DNA of 62,198 nucleotides, filler included, from Nitrospinota bacterium (GTDB lineage: Bacteria > JAUXIQ01): NCBI GenBank assembly GCA_030620925.1. It is 9 parts of 9 records of this genome, joined end to end, with 100 filler letters (N's around TTAATTAATTAA, not from the genome) between each part and the next. Parts side by side here need not be neighbours in the genome. Positions count along the whole stretch, not along the records: positions 49,756 to 62,198 come from JAUXIQ010000019.1; 8 more parts are not named here. The stretch is one strand, 5' to 3'. Shown piece by piece: positions 51,028 to 59,463 of this stretch. Numbering within the stretch: position 1 is the stretch's first letter; each line of letters begins with the position of its first letter. The notes under the pieces were generated by a model. It saw only the letters and a program-made list of their open reading frames with translations. It searched no databases and was not told the origin of the DNA. A program made the translations under genes and the position numbers.

Positions 51028-51117
51028 GAAACGGACCGAGGCCGCTACGAAACGGACCGAGGCCGCTACGAGACGGACCGAGGCCGCTACGAAACGGACC
51101 GAGGCCGCTACGAAACG
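51028..51117 (+). repeat. 21-bp tandem repeat x4.3
   Basis: GAAACGGACCGAGGCCGCTAC; unit 3 has one A>G. Confidence 0.97.
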
Positions 51118-51140
51118 AATACTACGAGGAGATCAGCTAT

Positions 51141-51965
51141 ATGGCTAAACTATACAGAGACGAGTTCGGGAACCCTTCCCCCTTACCAGTAGGCATCGAA
51201 GAGGCGAAACGCTGCCGGACGGTACGGTACTACGACCGAGAACTATGTCCTATTTGTGGGGGCAAACTGTTCTACACTAAGAACCAAAACTGTGTAACGT
51301 GCTCCCGGTATGACGCGTCCGACCTATATGGGCTATCTGTAGGCTTAATGAGTTTTATCGATCTCCCCGAAGAATACGGGACCGAGAGCTCCACCGCCTA
51401 CGAGTCCCAGAACCACCTCGGACCCGTCGGAAATAGAGATGTGACCTTTGAGTACAAGGCTAAGATTGAGGCCGCACGTTCAATGCTTGGCGGCCTCGCC
51501 CCTACCTCTATAGAGCAGGCTGTCCGGGCTGGGGCCGAGTTATGGGTCTACCCTGAGCCATGCAAAGTTCAAGGCCACCTCGGAATCCGCACGCTCCGAA
51601 ACGAGTGTTTTTTCTGCAAGCAAGAGCGGGACAAACCCCACCCAAGACAGGAGGCTATTAGGGCTGGGGAGTCTTGGTACTCGCCGGACAAGCCGTGCCT
51701 TAAATGCGGTCAGAAGGCCCTAAAACGGGTTTCGAATGGGGCGTGCAAGGGTTGTATTGAAAAAGCCCAGACAGTCACAGGCGGTACAGACACCCCTGAC
51801 TCGATAATGATGAAAGCTCAGCCCGAAATGGTAATATCTAAGGAAGCGGCCGGAACGCTCGGAATGAAGGTATACCGTACCGGGGTACCGTGCCGTCGAG
51901 GCCACAAAGGTTTCCGGTATGTTTCAACTAATAGCTGTATAGACTGTTTAAGGGGGAGGGGATAA
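51141..51965 (+). CDS. Phage protein with four Cys/His Zn-ribbon-like modules
   Basis: GAGGAG RBS; repeated A...G...Y....PC..(C/GH)........C..C. Confidence 0.8.
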   Translation: MAKLYRDEFGNPSPLPVGIEEAKRCRTVRYYDRELCPICGGKLFYTKNQNCVTCSRYDASDLYGLSVGLMSFIDLPEEYGTESSTAYESQNHLGPVGNRDVTFEYKAKIEAARSMLGGLAPTSIEQAVRAGAELWVYPEPCKVQGHLGIRTLRNECFFCKQERDKPHPRQEAIRAGESWYSPDKPCLKCGQKALKRVSNGACKGCIEKAQTVTGGTDTPDSIMMKAQPEMVISKEAAGTLGMKVYRTGVPCRRGHKGFRYVSTNSCIDCLRGRG

Positions 51966-52165
51966 TGGCCGAATACACCGAGGATATAGAGATCCATCGT
52001 ACAGCCCGTATAAAATCTAAGATAGTTGAGTACGACGTGCTGGACCGGAACCGGTACCCTAAAGGCCGCCGCGAATACATATATTTAGGATACGGCACGA
52101 TCCACACATTAAACCATGTTTTGCAAACAGGCAAAACTAAATACCATTTCTTTAAGAGGGGGTGA
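51965..52165 (+). CDS. Hypothetical phage protein
   Basis: TAATG coupling to the previous gene; GGGAGG RBS. Confidence 0.7.
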   Translation: MAEYTEDIEIHRTARIKSKIVEYDVLDRNRYPKGRREYIYLGYGTIHTLNHVLQTGKTKYHFFKRG

Positions 52166-52167
52166 AA

Positions 52168-52431
52168 ATGTCAGGAAAGATCATTGAACTCAAAGTGGAT
52201 GGCGCCGAGCACGCCGTCGCCGGGGACATAGGGGTCGGCCGTCGGCCCAGCTTCCGCTGTAGCCAATGTGGTGTGGGAATTACAGGTCCCCATTTTGAAG
52301 ATGTTAGTTCCCTCGGGGCTATCCGGCTATGTTCGCCGGAATGTCTCAGTGCCGAAACCGATCTCCCCTTAACCGAAGTCCTGCACGAACTTTCGGTATT
52401 AAACACGGAGGTAAAACATGACACCAAGTGA
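52168..52431 (+). CDS. Small phage protein with CxxC...CxxxC
   Basis: CSQC and CSPEC; GAGGGG RBS. Confidence 0.65.
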   Translation: MSGKIIELKVDGAEHAVAGDIGVGRRPSFRCSQCGVGITGPHFEDVSSLGAIRLCSPECLSAETDLPLTEVLHELSVLNTEVKHDTK

Positions 52432-53251
52432 ACAGCGCCAATACGTCCTCGACCGCGTCACCGAGGCCCTGAAGCTCGCACCGGACGTCAAGTACCCCGA
52501 CATTCCGGAACAGAAATTCAGCGGGCCACACGGTACGTACTCTAGCCTACCCGAACCTCGAGGCGCCTACGCCAAACAGGTAGAACAGTTCGGCAATGTG
52601 GTAATAATGATCCCCGACTCTACCACTTTCACCGTCCTGAACACCTGTGAGGCGCTTCAACGGTTCCGCAAAGCTGCCCTGAAAATGCCCAAAACGGATC
52701 GGCCCGGATCGTACTCCAAGACTAACCCGGCGGGCCCTCCGAGAGGTAGAGTAACCGACTTAGAGGGGGAGTACATCATGAAGGGATATAACCCTTTCCC
52801 TAAAACCCTGAAGCTCAGCAAGAAGGACGCCGAGGAGTGGGGTGTCACGGATGGCTGGTCCCGAACGCGCGGCATGATCATAAAAGCGCCCACCACAGGC
52901 GAGAAACCTAAGAAAGCGTTCCCCGGCTTCCCGCCTCATGCTGTGGGTCGGATAAATGGGTCAATCCCCATGCACCAGGTCCATACTATGACCACAACCT
53001 ATGTGGCCGGGGGCAAACCGGTAGTAGTGTGTGAGGCAGCTGAAGGGGTCCACGGTACTTTCGCCGCTAAACTCCTGGACGTCATCCACGCGGCGTTCCC
53101 TGGCCATTCGAGCCGTATCTCCGAAACCTGCGAGTACCTGGCTGTCGTTGGGGGCGAAGTTGTAGCCCTCCTGGCGCCGTACCCGGAATCGATGTTAATG
53201 AAAGTATTAAGCTGGAGGCGAGAGAATGACAAAAGTCCCATACGAGAGTAA
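52418..53251 (+). CDS. Hypothetical phage protein
   Basis: 277-aa ORF with GGAGG RBS. Confidence 0.75.
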   Translation: MTPSEQRQYVLDRVTEALKLAPDVKYPDIPEQKFSGPHGTYSSLPEPRGAYAKQVEQFGNVVIMIPDSTTFTVLNTCEALQRFRKAALKMPKTDRPGSYSKTNPAGPPRGRVTDLEGEYIMKGYNPFPKTLKLSKKDAEEWGVTDGWSRTRGMIIKAPTTGEKPKKAFPGFPPHAVGRINGSIPMHQVHTMTTTYVAGGKPVVVCEAAEGVHGTFAAKLLDVIHAAFPGHSSRISETCEYLAVVGGEVVALLAPYPESMLMKVLSWRRENDKSPIRE

Positions 53252-53630
53252 CGAGTTTTGTTTATCAATCAGCTGCACGGCGGCATATTGTGACCACTGC
53301 GCGGCTAAAGCGTTCCATAAGTACCTCGACGCCGAGGGCTACCGCATCGAGAAAACAGATAATACCCGTTTGAAGATCTACATTTCCGGTCCCCTGGCGG
53401 GTATTCCGGAGTTCCACAAAGCGGAAGCGGAGTTGAAAGCCGAAGGGCATATCGTTTTAAACCCGGCCAATAATCCGGATGGGCTGTCATATAGGGAGTA
53501 TATGATCCTGGCCTTGGCTATGGTCCAATGCGCGGACGCGGTCTACCTGTTGAAAGGATGGTCCAAATCGAAAGGTGCTAAAACCGAGATCGCTTTCGCG
53601 GAGAGCTTGGGCTTGCGTATACTGTTCTAA
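53226..53630 (+). CDS. DUF4406 (nucleoside deoxyribosyltransferase-like fold) protein
   Basis: KIYISGP, VLNPA, CADAVYLLKGWSKSKGAKTE. Confidence 0.88.
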   Translation: MTKVPYESNEFCLSISCTAAYCDHCAAKAFHKYLDAEGYRIEKTDNTRLKIYISGPLAGIPEFHKAEAELKAEGHIVLNPANNPDGLSYREYMILALAMVQCADAVYLLKGWSKSKGAKTEIAFAESLGLRILF

Positions 53631-53646
53631 AACACAGGAGGGTCCC

Positions 53647-54123
53647 ATGAGGAACCGTAAGATTGAAGAGTTTTTCGATTTCCGGGAGGGGGTCGAGCGT
53701 AGGGCAAAACCCGAACGCCGAGTATCCGCCCGCCTAACCCGGAAGGTAACATGGTTCGCGGTGAGCTTAACTGTCCTCACCGTAGCCTTACACGTAATCG
53801 CCCCTCCTTGGGGCTCTATCGGAGTTGAGTCCATGCTTGAAAAAGAAATGTTAATTCTACAGAAGATATATGGGGCGGACGCCTTCTTGAATTTCGATCG
53901 GGAAATGAAAGTTCAATGTGTTCCGGAGTACTACCAGGAAACATACGGCAAACCGTTTTCGTTGGTCACGCTGGCGCAAGTTCTGTCCGAGTCACGAGGA
54001 TCTACCAAAATTGACGCGGAGCTGTCCGAGGCGTTAGGCCGCAAAGTAAAACCGAAATTTTTCTCAAGTTCGTTGCTGCCACGATTAAAACTTAAATTTT
54101 TAAAAGGAGGGAGAGTACGATGA
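53647..54123 (+). CDS. Single-pass membrane phage protein
   Basis: CAGGAGG RBS; one hydrophobic helix after an Arg-rich N-terminus. Confidence 0.7.
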   Translation: MRNRKIEEFFDFREGVERRAKPERRVSARLTRKVTWFAVSLTVLTVALHVIAPPWGSIGVESMLEKEMLILQKIYGADAFLNFDREMKVQCVPEYYQETYGKPFSLVTLAQVLSESRGSTKIDAELSEALGRKVKPKFFSSSLLPRLKLKFLKGGRVR

Positions 54124-54311
54124 AAGGATATTATTATTTTTCAGATAGCGCGTTCCCCGTTTTACTTTGGGTAAAATCTGGATGCAAGAGGAGTTACATA
54201 CCTCTGTCGAATAGCAGCAAGATATGCCCATTCAACAGACAAACTTACCTTAAGACCGCCCTGGGTATTATAGCTCAGTACAAAAGGTCAAGACGGGAGT
54301 GGGCCAAATAA
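54120..54311 (+). CDS. Hypothetical phage protein
   Basis: ATGA overlap; AGGAGG RBS. Confidence 0.6.
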   Translation: MKGYYYFSDSAFPVLLWVKSGCKRSYIPLSNSSKICPFNRQTYLKTALGIIAQYKRSRREWAK

Positions 54312-54368
54312 GAAAACCCCTGTTCATAAGCCCGCATGGCCGGTGAACAGGGGTTCCCTATAGGAGGT
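54306..54368 (-). ncRNA. Candidate ~63-nt small RNA / terminator hairpin
   Basis: TTGACA-18-TATTCT promoter at 54403-54374; 12-bp perfect stem 54315-54326 / 54344-54355; U-rich tail. Confidence 0.45.
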
Positions 54369-54479
54369 GGTTAAGAATACCCCACCCCCGTATACAATGT
54401 CAATATCTATCTGTTACCGAACAGCTCTCCCCCGCGTTAAGGATGGACGCGGTACATAAAGTACGGGTGAACGTGCTTT

Positions 54480-57080
54480 TCATACCCCACCCCCAAAAAA
54501 TTCCGCCGCTTTTCCAATCGCTCCACCCGCTCCGACCTGTGCGGTCTCATACGCTTTAGAGATCATTTTAGCCCCCTGTAAGTTTAGTGCCGCGTGCCCC
54601 GTCTTTATAAATAGGCGAGGCTTTCCGTTATCCGGCATCACCGGGTTATTCACTCTCCCGTTCGATAGCCCGGGGTGCCACTCATACCCGAGAACTTTTA
54701 ACAACTCCCGCCTCTTGTTGATCGGTACCGCCGTGTCCTTCCGTTTGTTCTTCAGGAGCAAGTCCAGCGCCATGGAAGAAACCCACCCGCCAGCAAAACC
54801 CGGCCGGTCCTCGTCGATCGCTTCGAGTATCTCCTGCTCTATCCCGCCGAGGGAGGCACTGATAGCCGCCGCTGTCGAGGAGGTCACAGGGGCCCGGTGA
54901 CAGTCCACCGCCGGGTTAAAACCCGCGGGTATAGGATAGGTGTGGAGAAACTCAGTAACGATCGCGTAGCCGTCCGCACGCAACCAGGCGTATAGGTCGG
55001 GAAAGTACGCTCCGTCCAGGCCGTCCCGTTTCAGATCTCCCGACGCCTGCTGCGCCGCATAGAACACAGCGAACCGCCTATCGTTCTGGGTTTTCCGGAT
55101 TGCGTCGGCATGGTTACTGTTAAAAATGAAATTGCAACACACGTCGTGCATGGTCTGGTCTGTCTGCATAGCACGTCGGGCGAGCCTGGAGCTTGTGATC
55201 ATAGGTTTGAGGATCTCCAGGACCTCGCGCCTATGCTCTGAAACATAAATATCCTCAACACCGATAAATAGTTTATTAAATAGCCAAGCGTTAAACTTCT
55301 CGCTTATCTCAGACGCTGGGGGTAGGTGTACATACTTCTCACCGAGGGCCGCAGCCACACAGCTGGTAAAAAACGTTTTTCCATTACCTTCCACCCCTTG
55401 GATCAGTGGTGCCCACTGAAACTTGACGCCCTTGTACTGGACGCAGGCCGCCATATACGACAATAAAATCTGTTGGTCGTGTTGGTCCGGGAGGAGCTTC
55501 CCCAAGTGCCGGAGGAACGGCGTAGCGTCCCCCTTCAGCCGTTTAGTTTCAATGGGGGTGTAGGTGTTAACGGTCATTCGGCTGTTCTGTTCTATGAGCG
55601 CCCCGGGCAGCTCAGCCGGACGGAAACAGGTGGTTTCTGCTTTTGGGTATCTCACCACCTGGGATTCGGTGAACGCCTCGAACGCCTTACGGGTCGTTTT
55701 CTCGCCACCGTCGTCCATGGCGAACACGTACCCCCCGTAGGTAGCGTTGAACTGTTCAGACTTAAGCAGGGACCCAAACGGGGTAAACACCTTGTGCTCA
55801 TCCTGAATGTAAACACACCCCTTGAAAAAATCGGCCTGCTGTTGGGCTCCGAGGTACTGGTACCCGGCTACAAATTCCGGCCCGTCCGCGTTACCGAGGG
55901 GAGACCCGGCCGAGTCAATCGGAGTGAGGGATTTTATGAGATCTGCGGCGGATTTATCTTTGTTGTCAATCCAGAACTTAGACTCCCTGACTTTCAAGAG
56001 GAGATCGGTCCCGGTTTGGTCGTCGGTGCATTCGGTCAGCTTCTGCGCTCGGATACCTGCCGCGAAATCTACCTGGGGCCCGGTCCCTTTAAGTTTTGGC
56101 CCACCCAGCTCCGCCGCTGTAGTCTTGACCACTGAGTAAACTGTTTTCTGGAGAGAAACCGCGTGCATGATGGTGCGGGTTAAATAGTCCTCACGGTCCC
56201 ACTTGTCCCGCACCAGCGCGGACTCGTGCATGAGCCGCAGCATTCGGTCACAGTTCTTACCGGTCCAGAACGCTAAGTGCTGAGCCAAGGCGGCGTCAGC
56301 GCTGCTGCCGTCATACGCCCGGTCCCCTTGGTCGGGAGGATATGATTTAGACAGAGCGTCCTCGTCTGCTGCCCACAGTGCCGCGAAATTGCTCGAACCC
56401 GAAAAGACAGACCCGGCCGATTTAGACCCCAAAGCTTTTTGTATTAGTTCGGCGTCGTTTTCCGGTCCGGTGTACTCGGGGTCGGGCTCAGCTGTCCACT
56501 CCTGCCCTACCTGAAACTCCCGGGGGGCATAGTGTATATCGGCGAATGTTTTAAGCGGGGCGGTGCAGTCAACTGCGGCGCTCCCCATGGCCCGGTCCCC
56601 TGTAAGCGCAACAAAACGGCCCACGGTGTATAGGTCAGCATTCAGGATAGAGTTTTTGCAGGAATGGGTCGGTGCGGCGCCCACGTAGGTACCGAAGATG
56701 TGGAGACCCTTTCCGGATTGTGAAACCTCTACGGCCGCACCCGGTAGCATCCCCATTGCGTCGAGAGCGGTCTGTACCCACCCGGAACCGTCCGGGAGGA
56801 GGCAGTCATCTATATCCACAAAGAAAAACGGGTCTCTTTCGGTAAAGAAGAAACCGACCCCATGGTCCGGTCCGAGCTGACCGGCCAGAAACGAGGCGTT
56901 CTCGAAAGAGGTACAGGCGGCCGGGTCTTGTTGCCAGTTGTCCGCCGCTTTGAAAACTTGCATGGTCCGGTGATCGACCGGAAGCTTATCAGTTTTGGCT
57001 TCGGTGCGAGGGACGAGTTTATATAGTATAAACTGCGGGTATGCCCCTAAAGCTTGTAGGGGCGGGGGTAGAATATCCAA
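54480..57080 (-). CDS. NrS-1-like primase-polymerase/helicase (AEP + helix bundle + DUF5906-type SF3 helicase)
   Basis: FVDIDD, EVSQSGKGLH, SSADAALAQHLAFWTG..KWDREDY, GVEGNGKT, FNSNH, DRRF. Confidence 0.88.
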   Translation of the reverse strand: MDILPPPLQALGAYPQFILYKLVPRTEAKTDKLPVDHRTMQVFKAADNWQQDPAACTSFENASFLAGQLGPDHGVGFFFTERDPFFFVDIDDCLLPDGSGWVQTALDAMGMLPGAAVEVSQSGKGLHIFGTYVGAAPTHSCKNSILNADLYTVGRFVALTGDRAMGSAAVDCTAPLKTFADIHYAPREFQVGQEWTAEPDPEYTGPENDAELIQKALGSKSAGSVFSGSSNFAALWAADEDALSKSYPPDQGDRAYDGSSADAALAQHLAFWTGKNCDRMLRLMHESALVRDKWDREDYLTRTIMHAVSLQKTVYSVVKTTAAELGGPKLKGTGPQVDFAAGIRAQKLTECTDDQTGTDLLLKVRESKFWIDNKDKSAADLIKSLTPIDSAGSPLGNADGPEFVAGYQYLGAQQQADFFKGCVYIQDEHKVFTPFGSLLKSEQFNATYGGYVFAMDDGGEKTTRKAFEAFTESQVVRYPKAETTCFRPAELPGALIEQNSRMTVNTYTPIETKRLKGDATPFLRHLGKLLPDQHDQQILLSYMAACVQYKGVKFQWAPLIQGVEGNGKTFFTSCVAAALGEKYVHLPPASEISEKFNAWLFNKLFIGVEDIYVSEHRREVLEILKPMITSSRLARRAMQTDQTMHDVCCNFIFNSNHADAIRKTQNDRRFAVFYAAQQASGDLKRDGLDGAYFPDLYAWLRADGYAIVTEFLHTYPIPAGFNPAVDCHRAPVTSSTAAAISASLGGIEQEILEAIDEDRPGFAGGWVSSMALDLLLKNKRKDTAVPINKRRELLKVLGYEWHPGLSNGRVNNPVMPDNGKPRLFIKTGHAALNLQGAKMISKAYETAQVGAGGAIGKAAEFFGGGV

Positions 57081-57092
57081 GGTGGCGCCCCC

Positions 57093-57596
57093 TTATACCA
57101 TTTCCATGATGAATTTAGAAACCTGGGCTCTTAGGCCCTTCGGGATGTCCCGTACTGCGGGGTGTCTGCGTATGACGCCCTGAGCGATTACCTCTAACAA
57201 CTCACACTCTAAAGCTCGGCGGAGTATGGCTGCCTGCAGCTCGAGCATGGAGAAATATTTTGAGACCAGACTGCCCGACACCCCCGCCGCCACAGCCACC
57301 CCCTCCCTCGTGAGGTTTTCGTACCCTACAACTTTGGAGAGGGCCACCGCATTTCCTAAAATATGTGCCCGCCTCAGATCCGAACGGACCCGGGACTGAG
57401 CCACAAGGGGGAGCAAGTTGCAAGGGGTGTCTACCCCCAGTTCCTTAAAAAATTGTTCAAAGTTACACCCCGCTACATAGGGGAACGACCCGTCCGGGAT
57501 GTTTGCCTCCCGGCAGAGTCCGGCCCGAGACAGATTTATTAGCCCATTCCGCTCGATAAGTTCATAAGCTATGGTTTTTAGCTGGTATTTGTTCAT
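57093..57596 (-). CDS. Protein with two TetR-like HTH modules
   Basis: GLINLSRAGLCREANIPDGSF and GYENLTREGVAVAAGVSGSLVSKYF. Confidence 0.75.
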   Translation of the reverse strand: MNKYQLKTIAYELIERNGLINLSRAGLCREANIPDGSFPYVAGCNFEQFFKELGVDTPCNLLPLVAQSRVRSDLRRAHILGNAVALSKVVGYENLTREGVAVAAGVSGSLVSKYFSMLELQAAILRRALECELLEVIAQGVIRRHPAVRDIPKGLRAQVSKFIMEMV

Positions 57597-58990
57597 GTGT
57601 TAAGCTCCTTTAATATTCTTTGACCTAACCAACGGACCACCGGTACCGCTTTACTGTTTCCGATAGCTTTATACCTCGGACCGTCCGGGCAATCTTTGGG
57701 GAGTTTACCCCTCCACGGAATCTGGGTATGGTTGTCGGGGAACCCCTGCAACCTTTCGTATTCTACAGGAAGAAGCCTACGGACCATTCCCGTGTTACGG
57801 CCAGATGCGTTGCTGTCCGTGTTCAAAGTGTACGCCACCTCCGAGGTTCTGAGCTCGCCGCTCCCGTTCTGCTGAAAACAAAGGGCTGGGCCAGGATCCA
57901 GCACCATATTAGTATTATTTCCCAGATTCCCGGCGTTAAGAGCGTAGGCGTGTGGGGCGGTATTTACCGAGCCGTTACCGTTCGACGAGAAACAAACCGC
58001 CGGGTTTCGGCTGCATGTTAAGGTAGGGATCGTATCTTCGTTAAAATCCATTTGGGCGGGCATCGCATTCAACTGGAACGCGATGAGAGAGGCTTCGGGG
58101 TTGCAGGTAAGTGATGGATCTCCGTCACTTACTATTTCCGCGCCGCCTTGACCATGGGCCATGCAAAGTAAGTTCTCATGGCTGTCTTGCTCCCGGCCCC
58201 GCAAAGTCCCGGCCCCCTCTCGCCAAAACCCCGCACCGGTCATAGAGTATGGGATCAAGTGCCCCGCCTGTCCCCGGTTATCGTCTGCGCCACACGTTCC
58301 AACGCCTGAAGCAATAAGGGCGGCAACGCTCGACCCCGTTCCTCGGCTCGGCGGAGTATCCCGGCGCACGCCTTCGGACTCAAAAAGTACTTTGCAGGGA
58401 TCGAACCCTTTTCGAGCACTCGCGACAACGAACACGCGGCGGCGTCGTTGGGCCACTCCGAAGTATTGGGCATCGAGGATCCGCCAAGCGATTGACCTTT
58501 TGGGACCAAACACAAAACCAGCGTTCGGCCATTTACCCCCTGGCGGTTGCAGCGCACAACTTTCCCCTGCGAGCTCTCCGAGAAAACATCCGAAGGCGTT
58601 GTCTTTACTGCTGAGCACCCCCGGGACATTTTCCCAGAGGGCGACACACTCGTCCCCTGGTCGCTTGAAATCGATTTCATTCGCAATCTCCACATATTTT
58701 AGAGTAAGTTGCCCTCGGTCGTCTTCTAAACCGGCCCGTTTTCCTGCAACGCTAAACGCCTGACAAGGAGTCCCGCCCACTAAGATCGAGGGCGGGACTA
58801 CCCGACCCACCCGGATAAGCTCGGGTAAAATAGCCATATCCCCTAAATTAGGAACTTTGGGCCAGCGGTGGGATAAAACTGCAGACGGAAACTTTTCGAT
58901 CTCTGAAAACCACAGGGGTTCCATACCAAGAGGTCCCCACGCCACGGAGGCGGATTCGACGCCGCTACAGACAGACCCGTATGTGGTCAT
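57593..58990 (-). CDS. DNA (cytosine-5) methyltransferase
   Basis: SVCSG (I), GGTPCQAFS (IV), WENVPG (VI), QRRRRVF (VIII), RRLLPVEYERLQGFP (IX), YKAIGNS (X). Confidence 0.95.
   Translation of the reverse strand: MTTYGSVCSGVESASVAWGPLGMEPLWFSEIEKFPSAVLSHRWPKVPNLGDMAILPELIRVGRVVPPSILVGGTPCQAFSVAGKRAGLEDDRGQLTLKYVEIANEIDFKRPGDECVALWENVPGVLSSKDNAFGCFLGELAGESCALQPPGGKWPNAGFVFGPKRSIAWRILDAQYFGVAQRRRRVFVVASARKGFDPCKVLFESEGVRRDTPPSRGTGSSVAALIASGVGTCGADDNRGQAGHLIPYSMTGAGFWREGAGTLRGREQDSHENLLCMAHGQGGAEIVSDGDPSLTCNPEASLIAFQLNAMPAQMDFNEDTIPTLTCSRNPAVCFSSNGNGSVNTAPHAYALNAGNLGNNTNMVLDPGPALCFQQNGSGELRTSEVAYTLNTDSNASGRNTGMVRRLLPVEYERLQGFPDNHTQIPWRGKLPKDCPDGPRYKAIGNSKAVPVVRWLGQRILKELNT
58255..58680 (-). CDS. 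Nested out-of-frame gene, M.EcoHK31I beta-polypeptide-like
   Basis: NTSEWPNDAAACSLSRVLE...YFLSPKACAGILRRAEERGRALPPLLLQAL; GGAG 7 nt before ATG at 58680. Confidence 0.65.
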   Translation of the reverse strand: MKSISSDQGTSVSPSGKMSRGCSAVKTTPSDVFSESSQGKVVRCNRQGVNGRTLVLCLVPKGQSLGGSSMPNTSEWPNDAAACSLSRVLEKGSIPAKYFLSPKACAGILRRAEERGRALPPLLLQALERVAQTITGDRRGT

Positions 58991-59463
58991 ATTGTCCCTT
59001 CCGAATTTGCAAAAGCCGCGTCACCCCCGAGGGAGGCTACCAGCTCTAAGAATTTTAACTGAGCCTCTTCCCGGTCGGTACCGGTATACGTCCAGTTCCC
59101 GGGCTTGACTTCCCGGCAGAGAAAGACGCCCAAGATCTGTCCGACGTGGTACGGTTCTATCTTAACCGGCCGGATCCCAATCAGGTCCGACGACTTGATA
59201 AGTCTATTCATCTGCTGGGAGTCATTCGCCAAACCGTACCGAATGAACGACCCCTCGTCCGTGTAAGCAGCCCCCACATTATTCCGCCAAATCCGCCCAC
59301 CAACACGAGACACTTCCAGCCGCACCTTATTCTGTACGGCTGCTTCTGACTCCCCAGGCACGGTCGCGGCCGGGTCAGTATTCACCACCCCGAACTGCCT
59401 CTTTAAGTCCTGGACAGCCCCTGCCGGTATGTTCCATTTTATGGCCCATTCATATAGATTCAC
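58987..59463 (-). CDS. VRR-NUC / PD-(D/E)XK nuclease
   Basis: SEAAVQ, WRNNVG, SSDLIG, REVK, QLKFL...GG.A. Confidence 0.88.
   Translation of the reverse strand: MNLYEWAIKWNIPAGAVQDLKRQFGVVNTDPAATVPGESEAAVQNKVRLEVSRVGGRIWRNNVGAAYTDEGSFIRYGLANDSQQMNRLIKSSDLIGIRPVKIEPYHVGQILGVFLCREVKPGNWTYTGTDREEAQLKFLELVASLGGDAAFANSEGTI

Noticed and set aside
51028-51117. CRISPR array
   Set aside because: Head-to-tail repeats with no spacers and no cas genes
51012-51140. (NGPRPLR)n as the true N-terminus of the Zn-ribbon protein
   Set aside because: GTG 51012 lies inside the predicted -10 box; strong RBS precedes ATG 51141
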